Assembly (NCBI GenBank): GCA_017445245.1
Contig: JAFSUM010000036.1
Span: 35,153-99,152 of the forward strand
Length of the DNA: 64,000 bases
From: Bacilli bacterium
GTDB taxonomy: Bacteria > Bacillota_I > Bacilli_A > RFN20 > CAG-826
Direction of reading: 5' to 3'
Shown here: piece by piece, positions 9,733-18,902 of the stretch
Layout: the number at the start of each line of letters is the position of its first letter
How positions within the stretch are numbered: the first letter of the stretch is position 1
Notes under the pieces: generated by a model
Databases searched by the model: none
Told to the model about the DNA's origin: nothing
Seen by the model: the letters and a program-made list of their open reading frames with translations, nothing else
Translations under genes and position numbers: made by a program

Positions 9733-10560
9733 CTAGCGCTTTTCTAGGCCTTTCGCCACCTTCCTTCCACGCCGTAAAAGACGGAAGATTTTCGCTCGCT
9801 TTTCGCCCGTCTGAGAATGGAGACGGCGGACCTGGTGGAGAAGGTAAATTCCAGAGAGATGAGGGTATAGCAAATAGCCGCCCGCCCCCTTGGTCAAAAA
9901 GAAGCGATCGTCATAGCCGCGGAAGTATGCACTATTGTCTTCTTTGTCGATCGCCACCGTGAAAAGAACTTCTTGCGCGCGGTAGAAAAGAAGAGAGGAT
10001 TTTGACAAGTCGCGCAGGAAGAGTGAATCCTCTCCCGCGTAGATTTCGTTAGGATAGCCGAGGCGCTCATCATAACGGATGCCCGTTTCCCGAATCTTCT
10101 TCCCTATGTAGGCAAGCCCGGGCCCGCCCGCGTACGAGACATCTTTGAAACGCTGCACTCTAGCGGTCGGTTTATCGTGGACTTTGCGGTTCCCTTCATA
10201 AGGAACCAATCCGTTGAAAAGGGCGACAACGCAGCCATATTTTTCGAAAAATCCGCGCACAACCGCCTCGTAATTGAGCTCGAGGACGCAATCGTCATCG
10301 ATGCAAAGGCATAGGCCATCGGGGGCAAGATCGAGGAGATGGTTCCTGTTTTTGGAGACTCCGATATCGTCAAAAGAAGCAATGAGAACCTTATGGCCCT
10401 TGTAGTCGTATTCCTTCTCCCCTACTTGTTCCCGTTGCACCGAAAAGATGGCATCGGTTTCGATGTGAAGGAAGTCGCATAAGGAAAGAATCTCGGCATC
10501 GGTTTTATGATGCGTAGGAACCAAGACCGTAAAGTCGCGCTTTTCCATTGGCACTATCAT
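9733..10560 (-). CDS. Putative GT-A fold glycosyltransferase (family 2-like)
   Basis: FTVLVPTH motif near the N-terminus and a DDD (DxD) motif CIDDDCV. The start is uncertain: the ORF track gives 10611, which would collide with the divergent lipoprotein promoter, so internal Met codons at 10560 or 10548 are more plausible. Confidence 0.4.
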   Translation of the reverse strand: MIVPMEKRDFTVLVPTHHKTDAEILSLCDFLHIETDAIFSVQREQVGEKEYDYKGHKVLIASFDDIGVSKNRNHLLDLAPDGLCLCIDDDCVLELNYEAVVRGFFEKYGCVVALFNGLVPYEGNRKVHDKPTARVQRFKDVSYAGGPGLAYIGKKIRETGIRYDERLGYPNEIYAGEDSLFLRDLSKSSLLFYRAQEVLFTVAIDKEDNSAYFRGYDDRFFLTKGAGGYLLYPHLSGIYLLHQVRRLHSQTGEKRAKIFRLLRRGRKVAKGLEKR

Positions 10561-10579
10561 ACTCCCAAACCGGTGGTCA

Positions 10580-10607
10580 TTGCCTTTTTTTATGTGCGTG
10601 CGATAAT
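10580..10607 (+). promoter_or_regulatory. Sigma-A-like promoter (TTGCCT, 16-nt spacer, GATAAT) for the lipoprotein gene
   Basis: The -10 element ends 7 nt before the ATG at 10615 and no RBS is visible, which implies a leaderless or near-leaderless transcript. Confidence 0.35.
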
Positions 10608-10614
10608 TCACGCC

Positions 10615-11694
10615 ATGAAAAAGGCACTCTTCTTCCTTCCATTGCTCCTCCTTGGGACCCTTGCCTCTTGCGACGATACCAAGAACACCCCCGTTCAGCT
10701 CGATTGCGGCACGCGCATCGGCTTAAACGAGGAAGTCAGCACCCGTTCGCATTTGACTTGGATCAAGAAAAGCAAACTTAAGGATCTCATCTCCGACAAG
10801 GGCAATTTCATTCTTCTTTTGCACGGTTCAAGCGATACGTGCACCTGTTATTCCACCTTTCATACCAACGTCTTGGTGCCCTATGCCAAGCACCATAAGG
10901 CGCTTATCTACGCGATCGACCTCGATGAATTCGAATCGGATTCCGATTACTATGGTGTAATCCGCCAGGTTGGCATCGATACTCTCGCGATCTTCCGCGA
11001 TGGAGTTCTCGCTTATCAACGCACCACCGAAGACGAAACGCAAAAGTGGTACTACGAATACGCCGCCTTCAACGACTGGATGGCGGAACGCGCTCTGGAC
11101 GCGAAGATTTACTATGTAAACGAAGAGCAACTCGATGCCTATTACGCTGGGAGCCAGCCCTTCACCGTCTATTTTACTCTCGAGATTTGCCCCGATTGCC
11201 GTTACCTCTCCCGTAACGCTCTTCGCAAATATCTCCAAAACCATAAGGTCACCGAAGAGAACTTCTTTTATTTCGACGTTGTCGACTATTGGAAATCGGA
11301 TGATACGAGAGCCGCCATCAAAGCCAAATACGGTCTTTCCTATTCCGAAGACAACACCGTAGGCCTTGATAAGGGCTATGTTCCGACCATCTATTACGTC
11401 AATCCTGACGGCATCCACCTTAAAGGGGACGTCATCGAAGCTGCCGGTGTCTTCTATAACGAAAAAATCACCGATGGCATCGTCTCCCACACCTATTTCA
11501 CCCAAGAACGCCTCGATGAAGCTAAGAACACTTACCTCACCTATCTTAACGAATCCAACCTGACCCCCAAGGTCCTCGAAGGTCTTAACGTCGGTGCGGT
11601 TCCCGAAGGTGGGAACCAGCATGACCTCCTCGCCCCCTACGAAGACCCCATCTTCAATGCCCTCCTGGATTACGCGATCGGAAGCGGAAACTAA
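10615..11694 (+). CDS. Hypothetical lipoprotein with two CxxC-like motifs
   Basis: Signal peptide MKKALFFLPLLLLGTLASC (lipobox). Contains CTC and CPDC motifs. A terminator lies downstream. No family recognised. Confidence 0.55.
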   Translation: MKKALFFLPLLLLGTLASCDDTKNTPVQLDCGTRIGLNEEVSTRSHLTWIKKSKLKDLISDKGNFILLLHGSSDTCTCYSTFHTNVLVPYAKHHKALIYAIDLDEFESDSDYYGVIRQVGIDTLAIFRDGVLAYQRTTEDETQKWYYEYAAFNDWMAERALDAKIYYVNEEQLDAYYAGSQPFTVYFTLEICPDCRYLSRNALRKYLQNHKVTEENFFYFDVVDYWKSDDTRAAIKAKYGLSYSEDNTVGLDKGYVPTIYYVNPDGIHLKGDVIEAAGVFYNEKITDGIVSHTYFTQERLDEAKNTYLTYLNESNLTPKVLEGLNVGAVPEGGNQHDLLAPYEDPIFNALLDYAIGSGN

Positions 11695-11720
11695 AAGGAC
11701 GCCCTCGCGGGCATCCTAGT

Positions 11721-11742
11721 AGCCCCAATCGGGGCTTTTTTG
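11721..11742 (+). terminator. Rho-independent terminator
   Basis: Hairpin AGCCCC-aatc-GGGGCT followed by TTTTTT. Confidence 0.55.
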
Positions 11743-11752
11743 ACGAATGGAA

Positions 11753-11899
11753 TTAGGCGATATCGTTCCCGTTTTCGTCGACGGGGACGAGCTGATCCTT
11801 GTCCGCGCCGCAGATCGGGCAGCTGCCGTCGGGGTTGGCCTCGACGATCATGCCGCAGACGAGGCAACGATACTTCTGGACTTTCTTTTCTTCGCTCAT
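11753..11899 (-). CDS. Rubredoxin (48 aa)
   Basis: MSEEKKVQKYRCLVCGMIVEANPDGSCPICGADKDQLVPVDENGNDIA carries the CxxCG and CPxCG iron-binding knuckles. An AAAGGAG RBS sits 7 nt upstream. Below the 60-aa cutoff of the ORF track, which instead lists the antisense 66-aa ORF. Confidence 0.7.
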   Translation of the reverse strand: MSEEKKVQKYRCLVCGMIVEANPDGSCPICGADKDQLVPVDENGNDIA

Positions 11900-11977
11900 G
11901 GTTGGACTCCTTTACTTAACTATAAAAGATTGAAGGCTTTTGTCTAGCACATAAACGGGTAGATGGTTTCTAATCTT

Positions 11978-13321
11978 TTAATCCGCCAGAGTTCCCATCG
12001 GATCCCAGGGGTTTAGATGAATCGGCGCCCCTTTTGCGGCCTTTAGTTGCTCTTTGGTGAGATATTTCCCTTTGACGACGGCCTGGAAGACGAAGCGATC
12101 AAACCAGGAAGCGGACATGACGTAATAGCCCTTCTCTCCACTGCTTTCGCCCCAGGAATTTTCGATTTTCCACTTGAGGGGCTTGCCATCTTCGAGATCA
12201 ACACCGGTGATGACCATCGCGTGATTCATGGCCGCGTGGCGGAAATCGAGCATCGCGCCTTTATCGAAGGCGAGTTCCACGCCAAACGGCGTCTTGTAAT
12301 CGTAGGCATTATCGTCCCAGGCAAACGTCGTGCGATCGCGATAGAAGGAAACGTCGGAGCCAAACCAAACAGGTTCCCCCGCGAGGAGCTGACGGATGAT
12401 AGCCTCTTTCATTTCTTCCATCGGAAGGTTCACGTGGTTGATGGGTTTGCCCTCAACGACGTTGCCGAGGAAATCGATGGTGAAGTTCTTGTGGAAGGGT
12501 TTGTCGGCGGTAGGCGAATTGATGAGGGATTGGAACTCGTCGATTTCGTTGCCGATGAATTTCTCGAAGAACGAAAGGGGGGTGAAGTGCTCTTTATGGA
12601 ACTTCTCCTTCTCGTCGACATATTCGAAATCGAATTCGCTCGGGGGCACGCCAAAGGCATCGAGATAGAGCTTATAGATCGTGGCTATGGTCTCTTCTTT
12701 TAACGCACGAGCCTCACCTTTCTTGTTTTCTTTCGCCAATAGATGCGCCTTATGGGCAAAGTCGCGAATCACCCCGTCAACGAGGAAGTTGAGTTCCCTG
12801 GTGTTCTCGCTTTGATAGGTTTCGGGGAAGGCGTCTTTTGGCATCAAACCGTATTTGTGGACGAGGTTTACGAACATGTCCCACTGCCCCCCATCGGAAA
12901 CGGGGCTTTGAAGGATAAACTGGAAGACGCGGTCATCGGGTTCCCTTTCGGAAAGGCAAAGGACCGACTCCAAGGCAAAATTGGCCTTCTCGATTTTGTC
13001 GAAGAGGGAAATGTAATTCTGGGATAGCTCGAACTGGTTTTTGATGCCGAGTTTCTTCGCGACGATTTCGCGCAGGACATTGAGCCCGGCGAAGATCCAA
13101 CAACGCCCTGAGGATTTCTGATTGGTCACAGGCATGGTCTTGATTTCGTTAGAAAAGGTCATGCGCGTCCCCTTTAGGGAATCGGGAACAAATACGACGT
13201 CCGAAATCGGGTGACGCGACAAAGCGTGGCGGACGACGGTGTTCTTGGCGTCGTTCTCGTAGTCGTTTCGGATATCCTCAACAATCTTTCCTTCGAGGCT
13301 TCCTTCAATCGATGGTTTCAT
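11978..13321 (-). CDS. pepC: Aminopeptidase C / bleomycin hydrolase (peptidase C1B)
   Basis: 447 aa. Active-site Cys context QKSSGRCWIFAGLN and C-terminal His/Asn region are typical of PepC. Confidence 0.85.
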   Translation of the reverse strand: MKPSIEGSLEGKIVEDIRNDYENDAKNTVVRHALSRHPISDVVFVPDSLKGTRMTFSNEIKTMPVTNQKSSGRCWIFAGLNVLREIVAKKLGIKNQFELSQNYISLFDKIEKANFALESVLCLSEREPDDRVFQFILQSPVSDGGQWDMFVNLVHKYGLMPKDAFPETYQSENTRELNFLVDGVIRDFAHKAHLLAKENKKGEARALKEETIATIYKLYLDAFGVPPSEFDFEYVDEKEKFHKEHFTPLSFFEKFIGNEIDEFQSLINSPTADKPFHKNFTIDFLGNVVEGKPINHVNLPMEEMKEAIIRQLLAGEPVWFGSDVSFYRDRTTFAWDDNAYDYKTPFGVELAFDKGAMLDFRHAAMNHAMVITGVDLEDGKPLKWKIENSWGESSGEKGYYVMSASWFDRFVFQAVVKGKYLTKEQLKAAKGAPIHLNPWDPMGTLAD

Positions 13322-13384
13322 AGAAAACTCCTTTGTTTGGTTAACGGATTATATAACGTGGCTAAAAACGCGCATCGGATAAGC

Positions 13385-14008
13385 CTAACGGATAAGGCGG
13401 TTAAACGTAAAGACCGCAGATACAGCGGCGCATAATGAGGCGAATTCGCTCGCCAAAGCGGTAACGAGGACAAACCACGCGGTCGTCGCTTCGCCCATGC
13501 CGAGATAGATGAAGTAATTCACCACCGAAGGCAATACCACTACGACGGCGAACAAAATCAGCCACAGGCGGACCTTCTTATAATCGCTGGTGCGTCCGAT
13601 GCGGTAAGTGTTCAGTTGGATGAATGCGAAAACGGCCACGACGATGATGAGGATATCCAAAGCCATGATCGGGAGGATTAGCAAAGAGCCAGTGCCCCAC
13701 CCGGCGCGAAACAAAGACACAAGATCATAGATGACATCGATAAACGAACCGATGATCGCCGCGAAGAGCAACAACGATATCGCCGTATATGCACGGTTAT
13801 CGTTACGGATGTTATAAATCAAAAGGCAACCGTAAATCAGAAACAGGACGAAATAGTTCCAGACGTTGGTAAAGGTAAAGAAGGACGCCCCCACCGCGAT
13901 GATGCAATAGACCAACCAGGCGATGGTCAATAACAATGCAACGGACGCGAAGAGGACCGCGAAGAACTTATTCTCGGAGCAACGGAAGACCTTACGGATG
14001 AAATTCAT
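13385..14008 (-). CDS. Hypothetical integral membrane protein
   Basis: 207 aa with about six predicted hydrophobic helices. No family recognised. Confidence 0.45.
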   Translation of the reverse strand: MNFIRKVFRCSENKFFAVLFASVALLLTIAWLVYCIIAVGASFFTFTNVWNYFVLFLIYGCLLIYNIRNDNRAYTAISLLLFAAIIGSFIDVIYDLVSLFRAGWGTGSLLILPIMALDILIIVVAVFAFIQLNTYRIGRTSDYKKVRLWLILFAVVVVLPSVVNYFIYLGMGEATTAWFVLVTALASEFASLCAAVSAVFTFNRLIR

Positions 14009-14098
14009 GTACCTATTTTACTCTTCTTGGGGCACTGCTGTTACTTTATTGAAGTAAAGCGCCACTTTCGATGTAGAATAACCACCGAGGAAATCACC

Positions 14099-15301
14099 AT
14101 GTACGAAAAAGACATCCAACGTTTCATCGATTACGTCAAAATCGATACCCAATCCGACGACACCAGCTTCTCCGTTCCTTCCACGCTAAAGCAGCTCGAC
14201 CTCTCGCACAAACTGCAGGAAGACCTCAAGGAACTCGGCATCGATTCGACGCTCGACGAATTCGGCATCGTCTACGCCAAGTTCCCCGGAGAGGAAGGGC
14301 TCGATGTTATCGGCCTTAACGCCCACGTCGACACGGCCCTCGAATGTTCCGACAAAGACTGCAAACCCCAGCTCATTTCAAATTACAATGGCGGTGTCAT
14401 CGAACTCGGGCACGGCTATTCGATGTCCCCCGAGGAATTCCCTTCCCTAGGCGATCATATCGGCGATGACCTTATCGTCACCTCCGGCGACACGCTTCTA
14501 GGCGCAGACGACAAAGCCGGCCTCGCCCTCATCATGGCGGCCATTGGCTATTTCGTGGAACATCCCGAAATCAAGCACCACCCCATCGCGATCTGCTTTA
14601 CCCCCGACGAGGAAATCGGCCGCGGACCCGACCATTTCGATCCCGTTAAGTTCGGCGCGAAGTATGCTTACACCATCGACGGCGGACGTTACGAAGAACT
14701 CGCCTGCGAAACCTTTAACGCGGCTCACGCTGATGTCGTACTCCATGGCGTTTCTATCCATCCGGGCGAAGCCTATGGCAAGATGGTCAACGCAAGCGAT
14801 CTCGCCTTCGCCTTCGACAAAGCCCTCCCCGCTAAGAAGCGTCCCCAATTCACCAAAGACCGCGAAGGCTTCAACCATCTCGTCTGCATGGAATCGGGCG
14901 TCGACGAGGCGAAGATGCATTACATCATCCGCAACCACGACCGCGCCCTCCTCGAAGAACAGAAAAAAGAATTCGAAGCCGCCAAAGAAGCCGTCCTCAA
15001 GGAATTCCCGAACGTCCGCATCGACCTAACCATTGGGGATGATTACCGCAACATGAAGGAAAAGATCGACGAATACCCCGAATGTGTCACCCGTGTTAAC
15101 GCCGCCTACGAAAAGTTAGGGTACCCCTACTATTGGAAACCGATTCGCGGTGGCACCGACGGAGCCGGATTCTCCTTCAAAGGTGTTCCTACCCCCAACC
15201 TCCCTACGGGTTCCTTCAACCACCACGGCCGCTTCGAATACCTCTCGATCGGCGAATTCAAGAAGATCAAAAACGTTCTCATCGAAATTCTCAAAGCCTA
15301 A
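14099..15301 (+). CDS. pepT: Peptidase T (tripeptide aminopeptidase, M20B)
   Basis: Start MYEKDIQRFIDYVKIDTQSDDTS follows a GAGGAAA RBS. M20-family metal-binding motifs are present (HVDT, GADDKAG). Confidence 0.85.
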   Translation: MYEKDIQRFIDYVKIDTQSDDTSFSVPSTLKQLDLSHKLQEDLKELGIDSTLDEFGIVYAKFPGEEGLDVIGLNAHVDTALECSDKDCKPQLISNYNGGVIELGHGYSMSPEEFPSLGDHIGDDLIVTSGDTLLGADDKAGLALIMAAIGYFVEHPEIKHHPIAICFTPDEEIGRGPDHFDPVKFGAKYAYTIDGGRYEELACETFNAAHADVVLHGVSIHPGEAYGKMVNASDLAFAFDKALPAKKRPQFTKDREGFNHLVCMESGVDEAKMHYIIRNHDRALLEEQKKEFEAAKEAVLKEFPNVRIDLTIGDDYRNMKEKIDEYPECVTRVNAAYEKLGYPYYWKPIRGGTDGAGFSFKGVPTPNLPTGSFNHHGRFEYLSIGEFKKIKNVLIEILKA

Positions 15302-15308
15302 AGCAAAA

Positions 15309-15339
15309 GCCTGGCCGCAATGATGACCAGGCTTTTTTG
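15309..15339 (+). terminator. Rho-independent terminator after pepT
   Basis: Hairpin GCCTGG...CCAGGC followed by TTTTTT. Confidence 0.6.
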
Positions 15340-15346
15340 ATTTCCT

Positions 15347-15421
15347 TGGCTGGGGTGGCTGGGTTCGAACCAGCGCATCGTGGATTCAGAGTCCACTGCC
15401 TTACCGCTTGGCTACACCCCA
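15347..15421 (-). tRNA. tRNA-Gln (anticodon CUG)
   Basis: Reverse complement folds as a cloverleaf: acceptor TGGGGTG/CACCCCA, anticodon stem GTGGA/TCCAC with loop CTCTGAA, T-arm GCTGG-TTCGAAC-CCAGC, and encoded CCA. Closely matches Bacillus tRNA-Gln. Confidence 0.85.
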
Positions 15422-15508
15422 AGGCGCATTAATTCTACTCAAATCCGTCCAAGCGTAAAGAAGCAGTTTTCGTTTTTGCCCTTACGCGCACCCGTTTTCT
15501 TAAAAGGT

Positions 15509-15537
15509 TTGCCCCACGGCATCGAAAGAATTAGAAT
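15509..15537 (+). promoter_or_regulatory. Candidate promoter for pcp (TTGCCC, 17-nt spacer, TAGAAT)
   Basis: Hexamers with 17-nt spacing lie about 25 nt upstream of the pcp RBS. Confidence 0.35.
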
Positions 15538-15560
15538 ATCAATAACATCGGAGGTCCAAT

Positions 15561-16106
15561 ATGAAGACTCTCGTCGTCGGTTTTAAGAAATATGCAGGTC
15601 ATACGACCAATCCTTCTGAAAAGGTCGTCGGACTGCTTAAGGATTCTTCTATCGTTCCGCTCATCCTTGACGTGAGTTACGAGAAAGCTCGCGAACTGGT
15701 CAAAGTCATCGAGAAAGAAAAACCCGATTTCATCATCACCTTGAACCTCTCCCCCTTCCGCAAGGAACCCGCGATCGAAGAATACACCTATAACGAGATG
15801 AACTCTATCCAGCCGGACGAAGACGGCGAGATGATGGTCGGTGAAGAAATCGTCGAAGGCGGCCCGAAGTCCTATGACTGCTCCTTCGATATCCCTTCCA
15901 TCCAACAATTCCTCTCCGCCAATGGGCTCTCCATCGCCGTTTCGATCGACCCTGGCCGTTTTGTTTGCAACGAAGTCTCCTACCTCGCCCACCACTCTGG
16001 CATCCCCACTGTCTCCCTCCACATTCCGCTAGAAAAAGACTTCCCCTTAGGAGAAGTCGCGGAAATCATCGAGAACTTGGTCGCCTACTACAAGGCTACG
16101 CACTAA
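15561..16106 (+). CDS. pcp: Pyroglutamyl-peptidase I (peptidase C15)
   Basis: 181 aa. Catalytic Cys context GRFVCNEVSY plus conserved Glu and His positions. A GGAGG RBS lies upstream. Confidence 0.8.
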   Translation: MKTLVVGFKKYAGHTTNPSEKVVGLLKDSSIVPLILDVSYEKARELVKVIEKEKPDFIITLNLSPFRKEPAIEEYTYNEMNSIQPDEDGEMMVGEEIVEGGPKSYDCSFDIPSIQQFLSANGLSIAVSIDPGRFVCNEVSYLAHHSGIPTVSLHIPLEKDFPLGEVAEIIENLVAYYKATH

Positions 16107-16243
16107 GCTCCATCGATATCGTCTTTATACGAAGCGCTATTGGCCTTGAGGCTAGGCGCTTCTTTTTCTTTGCGAAGCCCTTCAGCATCGGAACCGTATT
16201 TCTTCTTGTTCTTGTATTTACGAGTCTTGCGGTAGGTTGGCAT
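16103..16243 (-). CDS. Candidate small basic protein (46 aa), unverified
   Basis: ATG preceded by GAGAGAG. Product MPTYRKTRKYKNKKKYGSDAEGLRKEKEAPSLKANSASYKDDIDGA. Convergent with pcp and overlaps its stop codon. No homolog recognised. Confidence 0.2.
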   Translation of the reverse strand: MPTYRKTRKYKNKKKYGSDAEGLRKEKEAPSLKANSASYKDDIDGA

Positions 16244-16319
16244 ATCTCTCTCATTATATGTCAAAACGATTGCCGAGGAATCCCGCCTGTCCTATCGTTA
16301 ATGGGAAAAGGATAGAAAT

Positions 16320-16865
16320 ATGAATAACGCCCTATTGCTCCTCGCCGACGGCTTTGAGACCGTCGAAGCCCTCCAAACCCTCGACGTGTTGACCAGAACC
16401 CATCGAATTGTCACAACTACGGCTTCGATAACTAGTTCCAAAATCGTTGCCAGTTCCATCGGCGTCAAAGTCGAAGCCATGGCACTTTTGCAGGATATTT
16501 CATCGCAAAACTACGATTTTTTGATTCTTCCAGGCGGAAAACTCGGCGTGGAAAACCTCGGGAAATCTCCCCTTGTTTTGCAAATGATCAAAGAATTCCT
16601 CGATCACGGCAAAGACGTCCATGCCATCTGCGCAGCCCCGTCAATTCTAGGTGAACTCGGCTATCTCGATGGCCTGCCCTACACCTGTTTCCCGGGTTTC
16701 CAAAAAGGCAAAGGAGAATACCGCGATACGGGCGTTGTCGTCACGCCCCACATCATCACCGGCCATTCGATGGGGTTCACGTTGCCTTTCGCGGAAGCCA
16801 TCGTCGCCCATTATCTAGGCGAAGAGGGAATCAAAGCCATCAAAGGTGGCGTTTACGGCAAATAA
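16320..16865 (+). CDS. DJ-1/PfpI family protein
   Basis: 181 aa. Nucleophile-elbow Cys in HAICAAPSILG. N-terminal LLLLADGFE region is typical of ThiJ/DJ-1. Confidence 0.75.
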   Translation: MNNALLLLADGFETVEALQTLDVLTRTHRIVTTTASITSSKIVASSIGVKVEAMALLQDISSQNYDFLILPGGKLGVENLGKSPLVLQMIKEFLDHGKDVHAICAAPSILGELGYLDGLPYTCFPGFQKGKGEYRDTGVVVTPHIITGHSMGFTLPFAEAIVAHYLGEEGIKAIKGGVYGK

Positions 16866-16911
16866 AGCGTTTGTCTTTCCTTAGCAAGGAAAATAAAGGA
16901 TAATCGTTACC

Positions 16912-17319
16912 ATGAAAGCCAAAGAACTCGCTACCCCGCTCCGCCGCGTCTCAACTCTTTTCAACGATATCTCGGTCCAAGAAGCCATCGCGAAGATGGA
17001 CAAGAGCCGTTACCAGATGATTCCCGTTGTCGAACGCAATTCCGGGCGTTACCTCTATAGCCTTTCCACGGGCGACATCCTCCGTCACATCATCGCCTCG
17101 GGAAATCTGGATAAGGCGTTGAAGGATCCCATTTCGGCCATCTCGATGCAGCGCCTCGTCCTCTCGGCCAACGAAGAAACGGAAATCGCTGATCTCTTCG
17201 ACATCGCCGTGAACCAGAACTATGTTCCCCTCGTCGACAAATCCGGTGTTTTCAAAGGAATCCTGACCCGTCGGTCTATTTTGACTTTCCTCAATCCTGG
17301 AGACAAACAAGATGCCTGA
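16912..17319 (+). CDS. CBS domain-containing protein
   Basis: 135 aa with two CBS repeats. Overlaps the downstream mrp start. Confidence 0.6.
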   Translation: MKAKELATPLRRVSTLFNDISVQEAIAKMDKSRYQMIPVVERNSGRYLYSLSTGDILRHIIASGNLDKALKDPISAISMQRLVLSANEETEIADLFDIAVNQNYVPLVDKSGVFKGILTRRSILTFLNPGDKQDA

Positions 17320-18148
17320 TTGCGATCACAATTGCTCCGCCTGCGGCGAGGAATGCCCCTCCCGCACCGGTGCCCAAACCGATTTTCACGTCCAAGCCAA
17401 CCCTCTTTCCCACGTTAAAAAAGTCTTTGCCGTCGTTTCAGGCAAAGGCGGCGTAGGCAAATCGATGACTGCTTCTCTTCTTGCCGTCAACGCGCGCCGC
17501 AAGGGTCTTAACGTCGCTCTTGTCGACGCCGACCTCACCGGCCCCTCTATCCCAAAGGCCTTCGGCATTTCCGAAATGGCCACTTCCGACGAAACCAATC
17601 TCTTCCCCGTCCGTTCCCGTACGGGCATCGAAACTATGTCCGTTAATTTGCTCATGGAAGATCCTGCGGCTCCCGTCGTCTGGCGCGGACCCGTTCTGTC
17701 TGGGCTGATCCAGCAATTTTGGAAAGACGTCGCCTATGGCGACATCGATGAGTTATATATCGATATGCCTCCTGGAACTGGTGATGTTCCCCTAACTGTT
17801 TTCCAATCCTTGCCAATCGATGGCATCATCGTCGTGACGAGCCCGCAGGAACTCGTATCCCTCATCGTCGAAAAGGCTGTGCGCATGGCCAACATGATGA
17901 ACATTCCCGTTTTGGCCTTAGTCGAAAACATGGCCTACTTCGATTGCCCACACTGCGGTGAGAGGCTCTACCCCTATGGCAAAGGTAACGAAGAAGAAGC
18001 CAAGCGCCTTGGCATTCCTTTCTACGCTTCCTTGCCGATCGACCCCAAACTCGCAAAGTTATGCGACGAAGGTGCGATCGAATCCTTCGAGGGCGATTAT
18101 CTAGCCGATCTAAGCGACTATCTACACGCCTACGAAAAGGCGGCGTAA
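17312..18148 (+). CDS. mrp: Mrp/NBP35 family Fe-S cluster carrier ATPase (ApbC)
   Basis: Deviant Walker A VVSGKGGVGKS. N-terminal Cys cluster CDHNCSACGEEC and C-terminal CPHC motif. Confidence 0.8.
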   Translation: MPDCDHNCSACGEECPSRTGAQTDFHVQANPLSHVKKVFAVVSGKGGVGKSMTASLLAVNARRKGLNVALVDADLTGPSIPKAFGISEMATSDETNLFPVRSRTGIETMSVNLLMEDPAAPVVWRGPVLSGLIQQFWKDVAYGDIDELYIDMPPGTGDVPLTVFQSLPIDGIIVVTSPQELVSLIVEKAVRMANMMNIPVLALVENMAYFDCPHCGERLYPYGKGNEEEAKRLGIPFYASLPIDPKLAKLCDEGAIESFEGDYLADLSDYLHAYEKAA

Positions 18149-18165
18149 CCATCCGTTTGCGAACA

Positions 18166-18194
18166 AGGCACGCCTGGGTCGCGTGCCTTTTTCA
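18166..18194 (+). terminator. Rho-independent terminator after mrp
   Basis: Hairpin AGGCACGC-ctgggtc-GCGTGCCT followed by TTTTT. Confidence 0.55.
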
Positions 18195-18227
18195 TTGACA
18201 ATTTACATACCGTAATGAATGCGGATT

Positions 18228-18902
18228 TTAACGTCGCATCGTTTTCAAATACGTCTTATGTTCCTCGCTGACCCGATAACTCTCGATAGCTTTTTGGATT
18301 GTCTTGTTATGGACCCATGAGTCGAGGATTCCTTTTTCGATATAGGGAATCGTTTCTTGCCACCGCTTCGCAAGGGCCGTCGCATAGAACCAGGCAATCA
18401 TCATGTTCACGTAATAGTCCTCGACGTGAATAAGCGTCGGGATTTCTAAAATGGTGGGTTCGAAGGCATCTCCCAAAAAGAAGTCCATAAGCATCTTCAC
18501 CCCCAAGCGCTTCGCATAGGGATGGTCCGATTTCACCCATCTCGAAATCAATTTCAAAAAGGCGGGGTTGTTCTTGGTTAACGCGAAAGGTTTGATCGTA
18601 TCGCAGACCGACCAATTGGTTACATAGGGCAAGAACGCTTCAAGGTATTCGGCGCAGCGATCAAACTCTCTTATATAGGAGAGCAAAACCGCATGAAGGA
18701 TATCTTCTTCAAAGTATTCATGCGGCAAGGAAAGAAGGAACTGTTCGGCTTCTTCACTACCCTTGATTTTCTTGGCCAAAGATCTGAGATATGGGATGCG
18801 GGCACCAAGAACTCTTTCAGGCGAAACGGTCGGGATCAATTTCCTGACTAAACGCGCATTTTCCTCATCTTTTCCCGCAAAAATGGCTTCTTTAATCTCC
18901 AT
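18228..18902 (-). CDS. DNA alkylation repair protein (AlkD/AlkC-like HEAT-repeat glycosylase family)
   Basis: 224 aa all-helical protein. N-terminal MEIKEAIFAGKDEENARLVRKLIPT... and C-terminal ESYRVSEEHKTYL are typical of PF08713 members. Confidence 0.55.
   Translation of the reverse strand: MEIKEAIFAGKDEENARLVRKLIPTVSPERVLGARIPYLRSLAKKIKGSEEAEQFLLSLPHEYFEEDILHAVLLSYIREFDRCAEYLEAFLPYVTNWSVCDTIKPFALTKNNPAFLKLISRWVKSDHPYAKRLGVKMLMDFFLGDAFEPTILEIPTLIHVEDYYVNMMIAWFYATALAKRWQETIPYIEKGILDSWVHNKTIQKAIESYRVSEEHKTYLKTMRR

Noticed and set aside
10507-10614. Upstream extension of the lipoprotein ORF (track start 10507) and the glycosyltransferase start at 10611
   Set aside because: The extension reads through the promoter and the divergent gene and lacks a signal peptide. 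The true start at MKKALFF (10615) directly follows a strong promoter.
11747-11947. 66-aa plus-strand ORF listed in the track
   Set aside because: The opposite strand encodes a canonical rubredoxin with an RBS. The plus-strand product has no protein-like features.
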